From Eledone cirrhosa (taxonomy: Eukaryota): DNA of 64,000 nt. The stretch is from positions 233,616,001-233,680,000 of the forward strand of contig OZ024741.1 in assembly GCA_964016885.1 (NCBI GenBank). The letters run 5' to 3'. A model generated the notes under the pieces. The model saw only the letters and a list, made by a program, of their open reading frames with translations. It ran no database searches and was not told the origin of the DNA. A program made the position numbers and the translations under genes. Shown here in pieces: positions 1-13,031 of this stretch (its first letter is position 1; each line of letters starts with the position of its first letter).

Positions 1-502
1 GAAAAGTCTGGTACAAACACTACACTTGTGACAATTATTGACACATAGTGCTGGGCCCATGGTACCATGTGATGACAAGTGCAGAGGGATCTCCAGATAT
101 AAAGCTATGCCTGTGCCGTGAAGCTTTTATAGTGAGCAAAGGCACTGCACAAAGCCAGTCCCACTCTCTTAACCAAGATGATATTTACCAAAGAGAAGAA
201 CAAGTCAACATCATTGGATACCATCATGGTTGCAGGTGTTATATCAGAGTTTTCCTTCTCCTAGAATTCTGCCTTGACAAAGGCTAAGGAGTCATCTCTC
301 CTAGTGATTTTGGATGGCCATTGACTATTAAGAGCTCCTTTGCCCTTTGACAGGTTTTGTTTTTAGTGCTGCAGGATGTCCAAAGTCACCTTCCTCACCA
401 AGAAACCTTGGTGGGGTTGCCAGTTTAGTCGCCAACGACCTGACCATGAGACAGGTTGTACTGGGATACATGTTACCAGTAGCACCAACTGGTGACCTGA
501 CA
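1..502. repeat. Partial copy of a ~610-bp dispersed repeat (possible solo LTR); fuller copy at 37736-38344
   Basis: Colinear, highly similar to 37843-38344; ends ...CTGGTGACCTGACA followed by a TA/CATA microsatellite; the left part runs off the window. Confidence 0.8.
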
Positions 503-1224
503 TATATACATGTATACAAAAATTGATACATCCATCCATACATACATGTATACACACATACATCCATCCATTCATCCATCCATACGGGTATACATACATA
601 CATACAATGGTTAAAGTGTTTGACTGACGACCATAAGTTCATGGGTTCATATTTGGGACCGGGTAGTTATTGAATCAACCTGATATCAATGTTTATTATA
701 CAGCACACTTCTTCTTTGGTATAATATGACACATAGTAATATCTAACATAGTACCCATCTAATCTGTTATAATATGATTTACCTATCCTCTGTGAAGGCA
801 CATGCCTTAGGGGTTACGGTACTGGACTAACCATTATAAAGTCATGGGCCCGTTTCTTCGATCCTGCAGCATGCTGCGTCCTTCAGTAAAATACTTTAGT
901 TCGTGTAACATCTTCTACCAGGACTTGCGGCAGACAGATAATATCAGTAATGGAAAAAACCTTGTTTCATTAGTATGACCTGGAAATCAGTTCCACTCTA
1001 TTTATCTTCTTTATTAAAGGCAATCAAATTATTTTTTATTTTATTCTTTTTCTTATTTTTCCATGTTTGTTAAATAAATTCCAAAAAATTGAACTAAATT
1101 GAAATTTTGTAATAAAATTTCCATAAAAGTTAATGTTTACAATACAATAAAATGTAATAAAATGTATTGAAGTCGACGAAATGTGGACCTTCATTTTTGA
1201 AAGATGGATAATGCTATAAGCAGA

Positions 1225-1467
1225 TCTTACAATATTGTACCACAATTTTCCTTTGTGCAAAAGTGGGCAGCCGAATTTAGGAAAGGATAGGGGATTCTTG
1301 AAAATGACCCAATGTCTGGACGTCCTACAACTGCCACTACCGAGGAAAACATTAATCTCAGTACTGCAACACCTATGGAAGAAGTGTGTGGAACGCAAGG
1401 GAGACTATGTTGAAAAATAAACCTCATTTGGTCACACTCCATGAGAGTATCTTTGTCAACCCTCGTA
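1225..1467 (+). mobile_element. Internally deleted mariner transposon relic
   Basis: Encodes VQKWAAEFRKG*GILENDPMSGRPTTATTEENI (mariner HTH/GRP region) joined to the typical C-terminus LQHLWKKCVERKGDYVEK*; ends ...CCCTCG followed by TA. Confidence 0.75.
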
Positions 1468-1749
1468 TCTATGCGCAATATACATAAAGATACAGAATTG
1501 CGGGCATTACAACGCTATTAGCTGTCATATTTGTTGGTGAAAAAAATTTGATTATAAAACTTAAATTTATGAATGACTTGTTTTCTACATTGATAACCAT
1601 GACTTGTTTTTTAATTAACTTAAATTTGTTTTCTAATTTGGCCCCTTTAAGGGCCACCTATATTTTCATTTATGTAACTCCACTTACATCGATATGTTTT
1701 GTTTTCTAATTTGGCCCTTTTAAGTCTTCCCTCTCTCTCCTCTTCCCTT

Positions 1750-2011
1750 TCTCTCTCAAAAAAAACGCGTGAAAACTCCACTTACGCGCGGTAGTAATAC
1801 GGAAATAAACGATGTTGACGAGTGACGTCACCTTCGCCTGTTTTCCACTGGACTGACAGCTAATAGCGTTGTAGGGCACTACAACGCTATTAGCTGTCAG
1901 TCCAAGCAGCCGGTGGAAACAGGCGAAGGTGACGTCACTCGTCAAACATCGTTTATTTCCGTATTACTACCACGCGTAAGTGGAGTTTTCACGCGTTTTT
2001 TGGAGAGAGAG
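1750..2011. repeat. Long imperfect palindrome (~125-bp arms, GGCA loop at 1875-1878)
   Basis: The arms are reverse complements (e.g. GAAAACTCCACTTACGCG / CGCGTAAGTGGAGTTTTC); each arm has a TGACGTCA. Confidence 0.9.
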
Positions 2012-2452
2012 AGGGGGGGGGGGCATTAAGTGAATATGACTGAAAAATACCAGTGGGTTTTAAACAGTAGGTGTTTATATTTTTGTTTTAGTTAAAAAGA
2101 ATATTTCAATTATTTAGAAATATTTTAAAGTGAATTTGATTTCACAACTAGCTTTATTTACATTTTTTTTTTTTTTTTTCTTGGCATATTTAAAAAATAT
2201 TCTTAAGTGAAAATGACTTAAAAAATACAAATTATTTGTACACTGAGTATATATATTTCAGCTTTCTTTAAACAGAATATTTTAATTATTAATAAGTATT
2301 TTTAAAGTGAATATGATTTGAAAAATACAAATTGTTTAAACAGACAATATTTTCATTATTTAGAAATATTTCTAAATGATGATTTAAAAAAAATATTTGT
2401 TGAGGTAATAGGAATTTTTTCTAAGGTGAATACGATTTTCGATTCTTAAATA

Positions 2453-5400
2453 ATGCCTTGACGAGGAAGAAAGAAAACATCTGGTTGGTCTATCGATAGT
2501 GGAAAGAAAGCACGGCTAAGGAGAGCCGAAGAAGGTGAGCAAGATAGTGGTCAACGCCAACAAGATCGGGACAGGCTTGCGAATAGAAGGATCGATGAGA
2601 CTGATAAAGCAAGGGCTGCGCGTCTGGCGGAACAGAGGGAAAGAGACAGAAGAAGGAGAGATCATGAATTGGACGCTCGGAGAACTGAACGTCTTTGCCA
2701 ACAAACCATTAGGGATAGAGCAAGGACAGTTCAACGACGTGACCTCTCTGTTGATGTTGGACAGATGAATAAGATCTGTGTCTATTGTCATGCAATGCTT
2801 TTTCATGGTGAAACTGCTAACTTTTGCTGTATGAATGGAAAAGTCAGGTTGGGGAATCTGCAGCCTTTACCCCAGGAACTTCACAGTTTATTTAGTACTG
2901 ATCAACCTAGGGCAAACGAGTTCAGGAAGAACCTCAGACAATACAACTGCCTGTTCCAAATGACATCTTTTGGAGCCGAAGAAGTTTGTTCCTCAAGGAG
3001 TGGATGGAATCCTTCTTTCGTTATTAATGGTCAAATTCACCATTACATTGGTTCCTTAACCCCTAATCCCAACGAACAACCCCAATTTCTTCAAATTTAC
3101 TTCTTGGATCCTCAGGATAGTGTTGATTTGAGGATCAGGATACTCCATAACGATGGCATTCAACGCAACATAGTTGAATTATTGGATATAATACTCAGAC
3201 AATATAACCCTTACGTTGCTTCATTTCGAATGGCAAAAGAACAAATTAAAAATATTCCCGAAGCTTCGATTATTATTGACCCTGATAGGAGACCAGCAAT
3301 GGAACATGAGAGAAGATTCAATGCACAAACTGCAAACGAAGTTACCATTATTATACAAAACAGCACCGAACTTCAAGCAAAAGCACAGCACATTGTGTTG
3401 AAAGAAAAAGGCGGACAATTTCAAATAATCTCAGAGTCCCATCGGTCCTATGACAGTTTGCAGTATGTTCTATTTTTTCCTTTTGGCAATGACGGATGGC
3501 ATCATGAGATGTTAATGAGCAACAACAAGAAGTTGACGCCAATGCGCTACTATGCCTATCGAATAATGAACCATTCAGAATGAATTCAACCAACTTCTCA
3601 GAGACAGTCGTTTATTTCAGCAATATTTGGTTGACTTGGCGGCGAAGATTGAAGGAGATAGACTGCAATACATCCGAATGAATCAAACATCATTGCGATC
3701 TACAACATACAAGGGCCTTACTGACGCATTGAATGATGATGACGATTTTCGCAATATTGGCAGGCGAATCATACTCTCTTCCACATTTGTCGGTGGACCG
3801 AGATATATGATGGAGCGATGCCATGATGTACATACGGAAGTACGGCAATCCTTCGTACTTCATCACAATGACATGCAATCAAAACTGGCCTGAAATCCGG
3901 CAAAACCTATTCCTGAATCAGAAGCCACATGACAGGCCAGATTTAATTACCAGAGTATTTGACCTGAAGCGGAAACTTAAGAAAGTATCTTACTGGAGTA
4001 GATGGCCTATTTGGCAAGTGCATTGCTTACGTGCTGACAGTCGAATATCAAACGTGAGGTCTTCCTCATGTGCACTGTTTGCTATGGCTCAATGAAGCCT
4101 CCAAGCCCAGACCGCAGGAATATGATAAATTTGTTCAAGCCGAAATACCAGATCCAAACAAAATCCAGAGGGTCATGAATTGGTGCTGAAGCACATGATC
4201 CACGGTCCGAATTGCTCTAACAATTCACCGTGTTGGAAAGATGGAACGTGCAGTAAGCGGTACCCTAAGCCTTTCAATGAATATACATTGTGTGGAGAGG
4301 ACTCTTATCCTGTGTCCAGAAGACGGTCTCCAGGAATGGGAGGATTTGAGGGGCACCAAGAAGGAAGGGAAAGCCGAAATATAACTTCGGAATGGGTGGT
4401 TCCCTACAATATGAAACTATTAAAACTGTTCAACTGCCACCTAAACGTAGAGATGTGCTCTTCCGTGAAATCGATCAAATACGTTATCAAATATACCATG
4501 AAGGGCAGTGATCAGGCAATGTTTGGAGTGAACAGGGAAGATGAGATAATACAGTATTTAACAGGAAGATATATCGGTCCTTCAGAAGCTGTTGCCTTGG
4601 TACTTGGATTTCCAATTCATGAGAGAGAACCGGCCATAGTTCACCTTCAAGTCCATCTACCTGAGGAAAATCAAATCTTCTTTCGGGTCAATGCTGCTGT
4701 TAAAGTAAACAATAACATGGCTAAGACGACTGACTGAGTTCATGGATCTTTGCGATCGCGATCCGTTTGCAAAAACATTGTATTATGCCGATGTGCCAAA
4801 GTTTTACACTTGGAGTAATAAGAGATGGGAAAGGAGAAAGGTGGGGAAAAGAGTTGAGCAGTATCCAGGGATTTTTTAGGCGAACGTTTTGGGCCAAGTA
4901 TACACTGTTTCTCCACGAAGTGGTGACCTGTATTATTTAAGACTCCTTCTGCATCACGTCAAAGGGCCAGTATCCTTCAACTCTTTGAAATGTGTGATGG
5001 AGATTTCCTGCCATTATTCAAAGACGTCTGCAGAGAGAAAGGTTTGCTTCAATCGGATGATCATTGGCAGCAGACTCTGGAAGATGCTGAGCGAACAAGG
5101 CTTCCCAAAGCCATGAGAGATCTATTCATCGTGCTCCTCACAAATACGGAAATTGACAATTCCAGTGCTTTATGGGTTCGATTTAAGCATTCACTGTCTG
5201 AGGATTACCTTCAAATAGAAAAAAGCGCCACCAGAAACTCCAACCTTTTGATTAGTGAGAGACATTATGATCAATGTCTTCTGTATTTTGAAGACAAACT
5301 TAACGACCTGGGCAAAAGTCTTAGTGACTTTAACTTGCCAAGGCCAAATAATATTGTTGCTAATCAGGATATTGGCAATTTGGAGTTATTGCATGAATTG

Positions 5401-6791
5401 CAATACACCAGAGAAGAGCAGCGACGATTTGTAGAAGAGACAGAGCCTCTATTGAATAGTGAACAAAAACACGTGTATGACTTCGTTTGTAACAGTTTAG
5501 AGATGAACACATCTGCATTGATTTTCATTGACGCTCCAGGTGGAACAGGAAAGACATTCCTGATTAACTTAATTCTTTCAAAAGTTAGGGGAAACGGTGA
5601 CGTGGCTATTGCTGTTGCGTCATCTGGCATTGCTGCAACACTGATGCCTGGTGGAAGAACAGCGCATTCTAGGTTCAAAATACCGATAGTAGTGAAAGAA
5701 AATGGTCTGTGCAACATTGATAAAAACTCAAAGATGGCAAACCTCTTACATACAAGGCTGATTGTTTGCGATGAGTGTCCTATGTTTCGGAGGAAAAGCT
5801 TCGAAGCTGTTGACCTCATTCTGCGTGACATATGCGACAACAATGAGGCATTCGGTGGAATTTTGACAATTTACTGTGGCGATTTCCATCAGCTTCTTTC
5901 GGTAGTGAAAAGGGGAAATGAAGCGGACGTGGAAAACGCCTGCATTAAAAAATCCTACTTATGGCAAAGCTTCAAAAGATTTCAGTTGAAGACAAACATG
6001 TGATTGGGTGGGGGAGCAGGAGACTATTCACAGTTCCTATTGGATATTGGAGAAGAGAAGATAAAAAAAACTGAAAATGAGGAAATTATTTTGCCAAAAG
6101 AAATGGTTCTCCAAGCAACAACTATGAAAGAATGTATTGATTTCATCTACCCCTCATTTGACAATCCAGCTGAAGTGTTTTCGAACAATTGCATCTTAGT
6201 ACCTCTCAATGAAATGAGAAGCATCAATTCCACCTGTATCAGACACTTCCCTGGAACCATAAAAGAGTACCGATCCTATAATTCTGTGAGTGATGGTGCC
6301 AATGCCACTCATTTCCCAACTGAATTCCTTGATTCGGTTGAACTATCAGGACTGACACCACATAACCTGGAATTGAAAAAAGGATCGCCAATTATTCTTA
6401 TGAGAAACTTGAATCCTCCAAGGCTTTGTAATGGAACGTGCATGATCTTGGAAGAACTGCACGACAATCTCATAGTAGCAAGAATCAACACTGCTGCTTT
6501 CAGAAATGAGATCGTTATGATACCTAGAATAAGAATTAATCTATCCGAAGGTGAGGATATCCCTTTGCAGCAAAGCCAATTCCCAGTTCAATCATGCTTC
6601 GCTATGACTATTCATAAAGCACAAGTACAAACTATGGAAAACGTCTTGGTTTATCTGGAATGACCTGTATTCCAACACGGTCAACTGTATGTAGCCCTTA
6701 GCCGCGGAAAACGGAAAGAAAATGTCAGAGTGTTTCTGAAGGATACCCAGCCAACTAAGAATGTTGTCATCAAAAACATTCTTTTGAATAA
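2453..6791 (+). pseudogene. Helitron Rep/PIF1-helicase (RepHel) pseudogene
   Basis: Fragmented ORFs with CVYCHA/CCMNGKV zinc motif, Rep motif YFITMTCN, HxH-type PHVH and CSKRYPK/YVIKY motifs, helicase Walker A DAPGGTGKT, GDFHQL and AMTIHKAQ; several stops and frameshifts, including ATG-CCT-TGA at the putative start. Confidence 0.95.
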
Positions 6792-8910
6792 ACTGTAACG
6801 GTGTAAATATGAGAAAATGTTGATTCCGACGTCAGAAAATGAAAGGAAAAGGGAAAAACTAAGACAAGAATAATTTCTTTCAAATTTTTGTAAATAAAAC
6901 CAGCTTTTCATTAACATTGCAACTTTTTAAGCATCCATAGAGATATAGAAAAAAGAATTTTGAAGTGGAGTGATTGGATAGCTATTAGTGAAAAATGATT
7001 TGATATTTTCTTTGTGAAAATACTTGTGAATAATACAGTGAAAAGACAAGTTTCGCGAAAATCGGACCACGGGTTCCCGAGATACGCGGGTTTTTTCGGG
7101 TACCTTTATAAATAGCCAAATCAGCGCATAATGGGAAAATTCTTTGAAAGTAAGGTACCATTGAAATGTCAATACAAACGCAGATAGTGGTTGTGAGAGA
7201 GAGAGAGGGGGGGGGGAGAGCTGGTGGTGTTGTTGAATGAAATTATGACAGGTGACTTCAAAGAATCGAATACAGCATTACTGTATCTAGCTTGAATTTG
7301 GTGACTGAATATTAAGTTATATGTATCTTATAACTTGTTTTAGGACAGGATGTATGTGTGTGTGTGACCAGTGTATATAGGCCACACACACAAACACATA
7401 TATATAAAAAAAATAATAATGAAATTATTGTGTAAAGTGCTCAGGTGCACTACATATATATATATACACGTACTCAGGTGCACTACATATATATATATAC
7501 ACGTACATACACACACACATATATATATTGGCTTTCCAATGTCATTTTACATTATATACATTTTGTGTATATTTTAATTATTTAAAAATTATTTTTAAGT
7601 GAACATATAACGGGTTTTAGGGTCAATTCTTGGTATACATAATAGAAATCAGAAGGCATTTAGAACATTGACTAAATCCATTATCGATGTTGTAACTCTA
7701 TTTATTAGTCGTACATGTTGAACGGATACATTAGGTACAGGTCGTAACTACATGTGTAGGATGTAGTTTGGTCCGCTTCATTGCAAGATGGAGATGTTGT
7801 TAGCAGCGATGAGTGTAGCCTGGTCTTGTCGATAAGAGAGGTGCGTGTAGACTAATGTCTCTCTTGGTTACCTCCGCTCACCTGGTGACGTAGTTCTGGA
7901 CAGTCCAATTAGTGCACCGAAGGTTTCGATTGGCTCACACTTCAGCCAACTTACCTCCGTAACACCATTCCGCCGCAGAAGGAAAATACATTTCATTCAC
8001 TGCTACAAACATGACCCAACGAGTCACGGGTGGTCTAGTTTCTTTTAAAAGTCAGCCTGGTGTTAATTAAATTATTTACATTACACTTCTGCCAGTGAAT
8101 GTATAACAGTAGACTAGTAAACATTTCCATATATTTGAATTTGTAGCTTAACTACCTTGTGAATTGTAAACACTCATTGAGGAAGTTTTTGCAACTTATT
8201 AATTAAATAGATAATCTCAATTAATTGAAGTTGTTTCAGCTCACTATATAACTATGTTAGTATGTATGAACCCGTAACTCCTGATGGTCGTAGAGTTGCT
8301 GTCGTGACATAGAGTGTGGCCTGTCTAGACATGTTAAACATGGCGTAGCCTATCCCTTCCTGGGTCTGAATACAGCCGATTTCTTCTAAAGAAGGAGAGA
8401 GAGAGGGCTTGATAGAGAGGAAATGAGAAAGATATATAAAGAAGAATCGACCCAAGTATTGGAGTGATGCTTTTTCATTGACCTCGGTGGAATTTGAACT
8501 CAAATCGCAGAGAGAAGGAACGAATATCACAAAACATTCTATTTGACATTCTAACGACTGCCAATCAACAAGAAAAATAATACACTGGCCCTTCCGGAAA
8601 AAAATACCTTACGGTGTTTAAGACACCGTAAATGAAGTAAGCTAGAGATTAGTCTTCTGGAAGACTAACCAACCGTTCAATTTATTCTAAAATAATGTAA
8701 CGGAAAAAAGGTACTTTGTTCGATTTAATATTCCTATAAAGCATCATAGATATACATGGAATTATAAGAGAAGAACACTCGGTAGTGCAACATGTAATAC
8801 TGACATATGCTAGCGTGTAACTAGTCAAGCTCAGCAATGACTAGATGTGTTAGTCAGACTATCAAGTTACAACAACTACATCTAAAAAAGGATTGAAAAT
8901 CTACTATGCG

Positions 8911-9463
8911 TACCTGCATTCTGTAATCAACATTAAAAGTATTCGCCCAATAGTTCCTGGTTTCTCGTTCCTGCTTTCTTCGTCAGACGTAACTCACTAT
9001 GGTCTGATAAGAAAACTTCCGCCTTCTCACAGGGTATGATATAGAAGGAGGGAAGGAGAGGACAAAAAGTAGTGAGAAGGTAGGCAAATGAAAGTTGAGG
9101 ATTAGACAGAAGGAAAGATAAAAGTAATAGGAGAAGCGCAAGTTTTAGAAGGATATAAACAGGATAATTAGAAGGGAGGGGTAGAGAGTTGGGTAGTAGT
9201 AGTAGTAGTAGTAAAGAACATTATAGGCAACAACAAATGAGGGAAAAAGAGTTAGATGATAGCAGCAGAAGCAATGAAAGTTTTAGAAGAAGCATGAAAA
9301 CAGCAACAATTAAAAGAAAGGGGAAGACTTGGGTAGTAGCAATAGACTGTTTAGGAGGGAGAGAAAGAGAGTAGTGGTGACAGATTGTCGTTAGAAGTTA
9401 GTGTTTACATTGACGTCAGACAGGTTTGGACCCATTTAACCAGTTTAACCAGTTGAGGTGAGA
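8911..9463. promoter_or_regulatory. Candidate bidirectional promoter with divergent 5' exons
   Basis: Minus-strand donor CAG|GTACG at 8914/8913, ETS-like GGCGGAAGT (minus, 9015-9023), CRE TGACGTCA 9411-9418, plus-strand donor GAG|GTGAGA at 9457/9458; non-repetitive island upstream of UROS. Confidence 0.3.
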
Positions 9464-10887
9464 CGATCACATGTGTTTATCTATAGATTGGTTATAATCA
9501 TTACACTCTGCTTTCACTGGCATTTCCGAACACCGCTCAGGTGGTTTTTCTCTATTAATTTTAAAGGTTTGCATCCACTTAGTTCTTTCTCATCCATTTT
9601 ATTGTGAAGTTCAGTTTTATAGAATCTATGTTGTTTGGACTGTTTCTAGTGTGTTTACACATTTGTAAAGAGCTAACTTGGCTTGCTAGGAATACCAGCT
9701 AAATCTCCCTCAAATCCCAACCTGCAGCCGAAAAAAAAAAAAGACTAAACATATTGGAGCATGCAGTCCGAGGTACACTATATCTAAAAATGGAGTGGTC
9801 ACAACTAAAAAGTCTTTCATCATAGGCCTGCTTAGTCAGTTCTGGCATGTGGCAAACAACACATACAATATAAATAATTGTTTCTACTTTTGGCACAAGG
9901 CCAGCAATTACTCAGTGTATTACTGGTACTTTATTTTATCGACCCCGTAAGGATGAAAGGCAAAGTTAACCTCGGCGGGATTTGAACTCAGAATGGCAAG
10001 GGCCGTAACTCTATCTAGATACACTATGTTTGAAGAAAATATGGTACGGTCATGGTTGGAACATTTTTGGTCACGCATCAACTGAATCAGAGTTTACCTA
10101 GGTCCAAATAATCGTACCAATACAGTTAAAACCACTTATTGTGATCACTTTTTGACGGAGCCTGTTAGATAACAATAAACGTATATAACAACACATTGAG
10201 CATGTTGAGACCTAAGCGGCTTCCATTGTATTTAGAAATATAGTTTTAGATAAATGATGTCCGAATAAATAAAACAAGATGATCACGGCTAGAACGTCTT
10301 TGATCATAAGTCTACTGGATCATAACTGATCCCAGACTGAACAACACTAACCTTATGTAATGTTGTCCGAGATACACTGTGTGAACAAAACGACTGGATG
10401 ATCACAGTCAAAACATCTTTGACCATAAGTCAGTTGATTCATCGCTGACCTAGGGCTGTATACTACTTCTACTACTACTGCCGCTCTAAGACTAACAAAT
10501 AATCGTGTAGTAAATATATGTATTAAATATACTGTCTGAATAAAAAACGGAATGATCACAGTGAAAATATCTTTTATCATAATTCAGATTGATCAGACCT
10601 GGGGCTAAACATCAAAATGTTGCTTGTTTGTTTTTGCATGTGTGTGAGTGTAATATGTATAATTCGTATTTTCTGGCATATTTACATATTTAAAAATGTG
10701 TATACACACTGGCGCATTCTCCGTTATCCACTCTGCATACAGATATAACTTTATCGTATACTTCGATTGCTTAGCACACCTCTTAATAATATAATGACAT
10801 TCCTGATGGTTTCAAACGAATGAAACAGTTCTAGTCTTGTATAAGCCATTTCTATATTAAATTTCGTTATATATATATATATATATT

Positions 10888-11008
10888 GGAAAATGTTCAA
10901 GACCCCGGACGGGGCCTTAAACATATTCCTATTACCCACTCTGCTACCCTAAGTATTGAGTACTCTGGTGCGTTATGGGCGATCTGGTTCCTTACTACAC
11001 TTCCTTCG

Positions 11009-11010
<2 letters not shown>
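10888..11010 (+). repeat. Short (TA)n-embedded element, same family as 24008-24200
   Basis: Matches the reverse complement of 24008-24090; flanked by (TA)n on both sides; GAGTACTC at 10958-10965. Confidence 0.8.
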
Positions 11011-11060
<50 letters not shown>

Positions 11061-11377
11061 TTAATGGTAGCTATGATGCTTCCATAAGCGGTATGCCAGT
11101 TGAGTACTCTATGTTCTTACAGAGAAGAGTGTGATATAATATAGAACGAAAAATCAGTGATGCATATGGACTCAATTTATTGTGTGTTACAATTGTTTCG
11201 CCGGCAGACACCTCAAGACACGATCATTGAGAAAATTTGTTCAGAAATTATTGGAAGTGTCCGACGAACCTGCAGTTCTAGAATCAGACAGATCTATACA
11301 ATGATTGTGTCTCGAGCTGTCTGCCGGCGAAACAATTGTAACACACAATAAATTGAGTCCAGATGCATCACTGATTT

Positions 11378-11385
<8 letters not shown>
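11061..11385. mobile_element. Fold-back element with defective hammerhead-like motif
   Basis: 87-bp arms 11143-11229 / 11299-11385 with a 69-nt spacer; flanked by microsatellites. Confidence 0.75.
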
Positions 11386-11469
<84 letters not shown>

Positions 11470-11509
11470 TTCAAAATATTAACAAAATAGATATTCTTGT
11501 GATCAATTA

Positions 11510-11576
11510 TATTTTATTATACATATTTCAGAGGTACTGAGTTAAGTTCAACAGTCCGTCCTCATCAGGTAAAATA
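11510..11576 (-). ncRNA. Mirror copy of the hammerhead ribozyme
   Basis: Reverse complement of 11655-11721 with three substitutions; core CTGATGA/GAAA/TA intact. Confidence 0.65.
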
Positions 11577-11654
11577 AGATGATGCATGACATACCCTGAC
11601 ATAGTAGATGGTTAAGATTCAGTCATGGTAGTCAGGGTATTTCATGCATCATCT

Positions 11655-11721
11655 TATTTTATCTGATGAGGACGTACTGTTGAACTTAACTCAGTACCTC
11701 TGAAATATATATAATAAAATA
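11655..11721 (+). ncRNA. Minimal type-I hammerhead ribozyme
   Basis: TATTTTAT-CTGATGA-[GGACGTACTG..CAGTACCTCT stem II]-GAAA-TATATA-TA|ATAAAATA; 8-bp stem I, palindromic stem III ATATATAT, predicted cleavage after 11713. Confidence 0.8.
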
Positions 11722-11860
11722 TAATTGATCACAAGAATATCTATTTTGTTAATATTTTGAATTAATATTAATAACTCTGGAAAACCTTTTTGTTGAGTGC
11801 TTCCAATTTATTGTAAAACTCATTCTTTGATGTATTCATTGAACCTTGTTTAACTTTTAA

Positions 11861-11898
<38 letters not shown>

Positions 11899-12276
11899 TT
11901 CGTTATTTCGTGGGCCGAGATTCCGATTCTCGATAATTTATTTGTATATACATATATATATACAAATGGAAGAACAGCATATTCGAAGCCAGAGCCTCGG
12001 CTAAGCCGACGAATGCTTTCAGTCAGCAGTACAGCCAAGCACTCGACAAGGTATAGGACCTCAGAGTAATAATATACAGTTTAAAGGGCTTTGCAAAATG
12101 AAGACAGCGACCGGTAATTCGGCCGGGGTCCGTAGCAACCGAAGAACTGACTCGTGAGAAAAAAATTCATACACATATACATACATACATACACATATAT
12201 ATATATTTTATTACATGTTATCCATGTGCAACCTGCAGTATTCTTCTCCCCATTTTTTCATATATATATATATATA

Positions 12277-12994
12277 GGCGTTCCTTACTTTTAGCGGTGT
12301 CAAGAATGAAAGTAAATTTATTTTCATTTTCGAACGTCGTGTTTACATTTTGTGTGTGTGTGTTTAAACGAAACATGCTGGGGACGAAGCTTCTTCTTAG
12401 CACGGCTCCATGTGTTCTCTATGAGCTGTGTGCACATCAGGGTCCGTTCGTGCACCACAACATCATGAACGTAAATCTGCCTTCAATTTCCGAATAGGAA
12501 GCCCAACCATCTTGTAATGAGGCTTGCAGAATGGTGAGTCCATCATTGTCGAGATAGACGAATCCAAATACTTCCATAGAAAGTATCATCGCGGCCTGTG
12601 GAGACAAGGCCACTGGGTCTTCGGCGCTGTTGAACGCCATTCTGGACGCTGCTGCCTTGTAGGAGTCCCAAATCGAAGCCGTGACACTCTCGTCCCCATC
12701 ATTCAGCAGTGGATTTTGCCAGGCAGCCGCATCATCTCCGATGGTTGGGCTTCCTATTCGGAAATTGAAGGTGGGATTTACGTTCATGATGTTGTGGTGC
12801 ACGAACGGAACTTTGTAGATCCTGCGGACCCTGATGTGCACACACAGCTCATAGAGAACACATGGAGCCGTGCTAAGAAGAAGCTTCGTCGCCAGCATGT
12901 TTCGTTTAAACACACACACATCAAATGTAAACACGACGTTCGAAAATGAAAATAAATTTACTTTCATTCTTGACACTGCTAAAAGTAAGGAACG

Positions 12995-12996
<2 letters not shown>
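12277..12996 (+). mobile_element. Fold-back Merlin (IS1595/IS1016-like) DNA transposon derivative
   Basis: ORF 12524-12949 has VEIDES, WVFGAVER, IISDGWASY and HTQLIENTWS DDE motifs; termini GGCGTTCCTTACTTTTAGC / GCTAAAAGTAAGGAACGTC; inserted in (TA)n. Confidence 0.9.

Positions 12997-13031
<35 letters not shown>

Larger units (their letters stand above)
1468..8038 (+). mobile_element. Decayed autonomous Helitron
   Basis: Candidate A|TC 5' end at 1468; RepHel pseudogene inside; candidate 3' end with ACCC...GGGT hairpin then CTAG|T at 8035-8038. The termini are less certain than the internal ORF. Confidence 0.7.
11461..11861. mobile_element. Fold-back non-autonomous Penelope-like/retrozyme-type element
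   Basis: 140-bp arms 11461-11600 / 11631-11770 (about 4 mismatches), 30-nt spacer, unpaired ~90-nt tail, (TA)n on both sides, a hammerhead in each arm. Confidence 0.8.

Noticed and set aside
4990-6663. Host PIF1 helicase gene
   Set aside because: Intronless, fused to a Rep domain and disrupted by stops; it is Helitron-derived.
10795-10840. CTGATGG...GAAACAGTT hammerhead-like string
   Set aside because: A9 is missing and there is no convincing stem I or palindromic stem III.
12437-12976. 179-aa minus-strand ORF sharing its N-terminus with the ORF at 12297
   Set aside because: An artefact of the fold-back Merlin structure.
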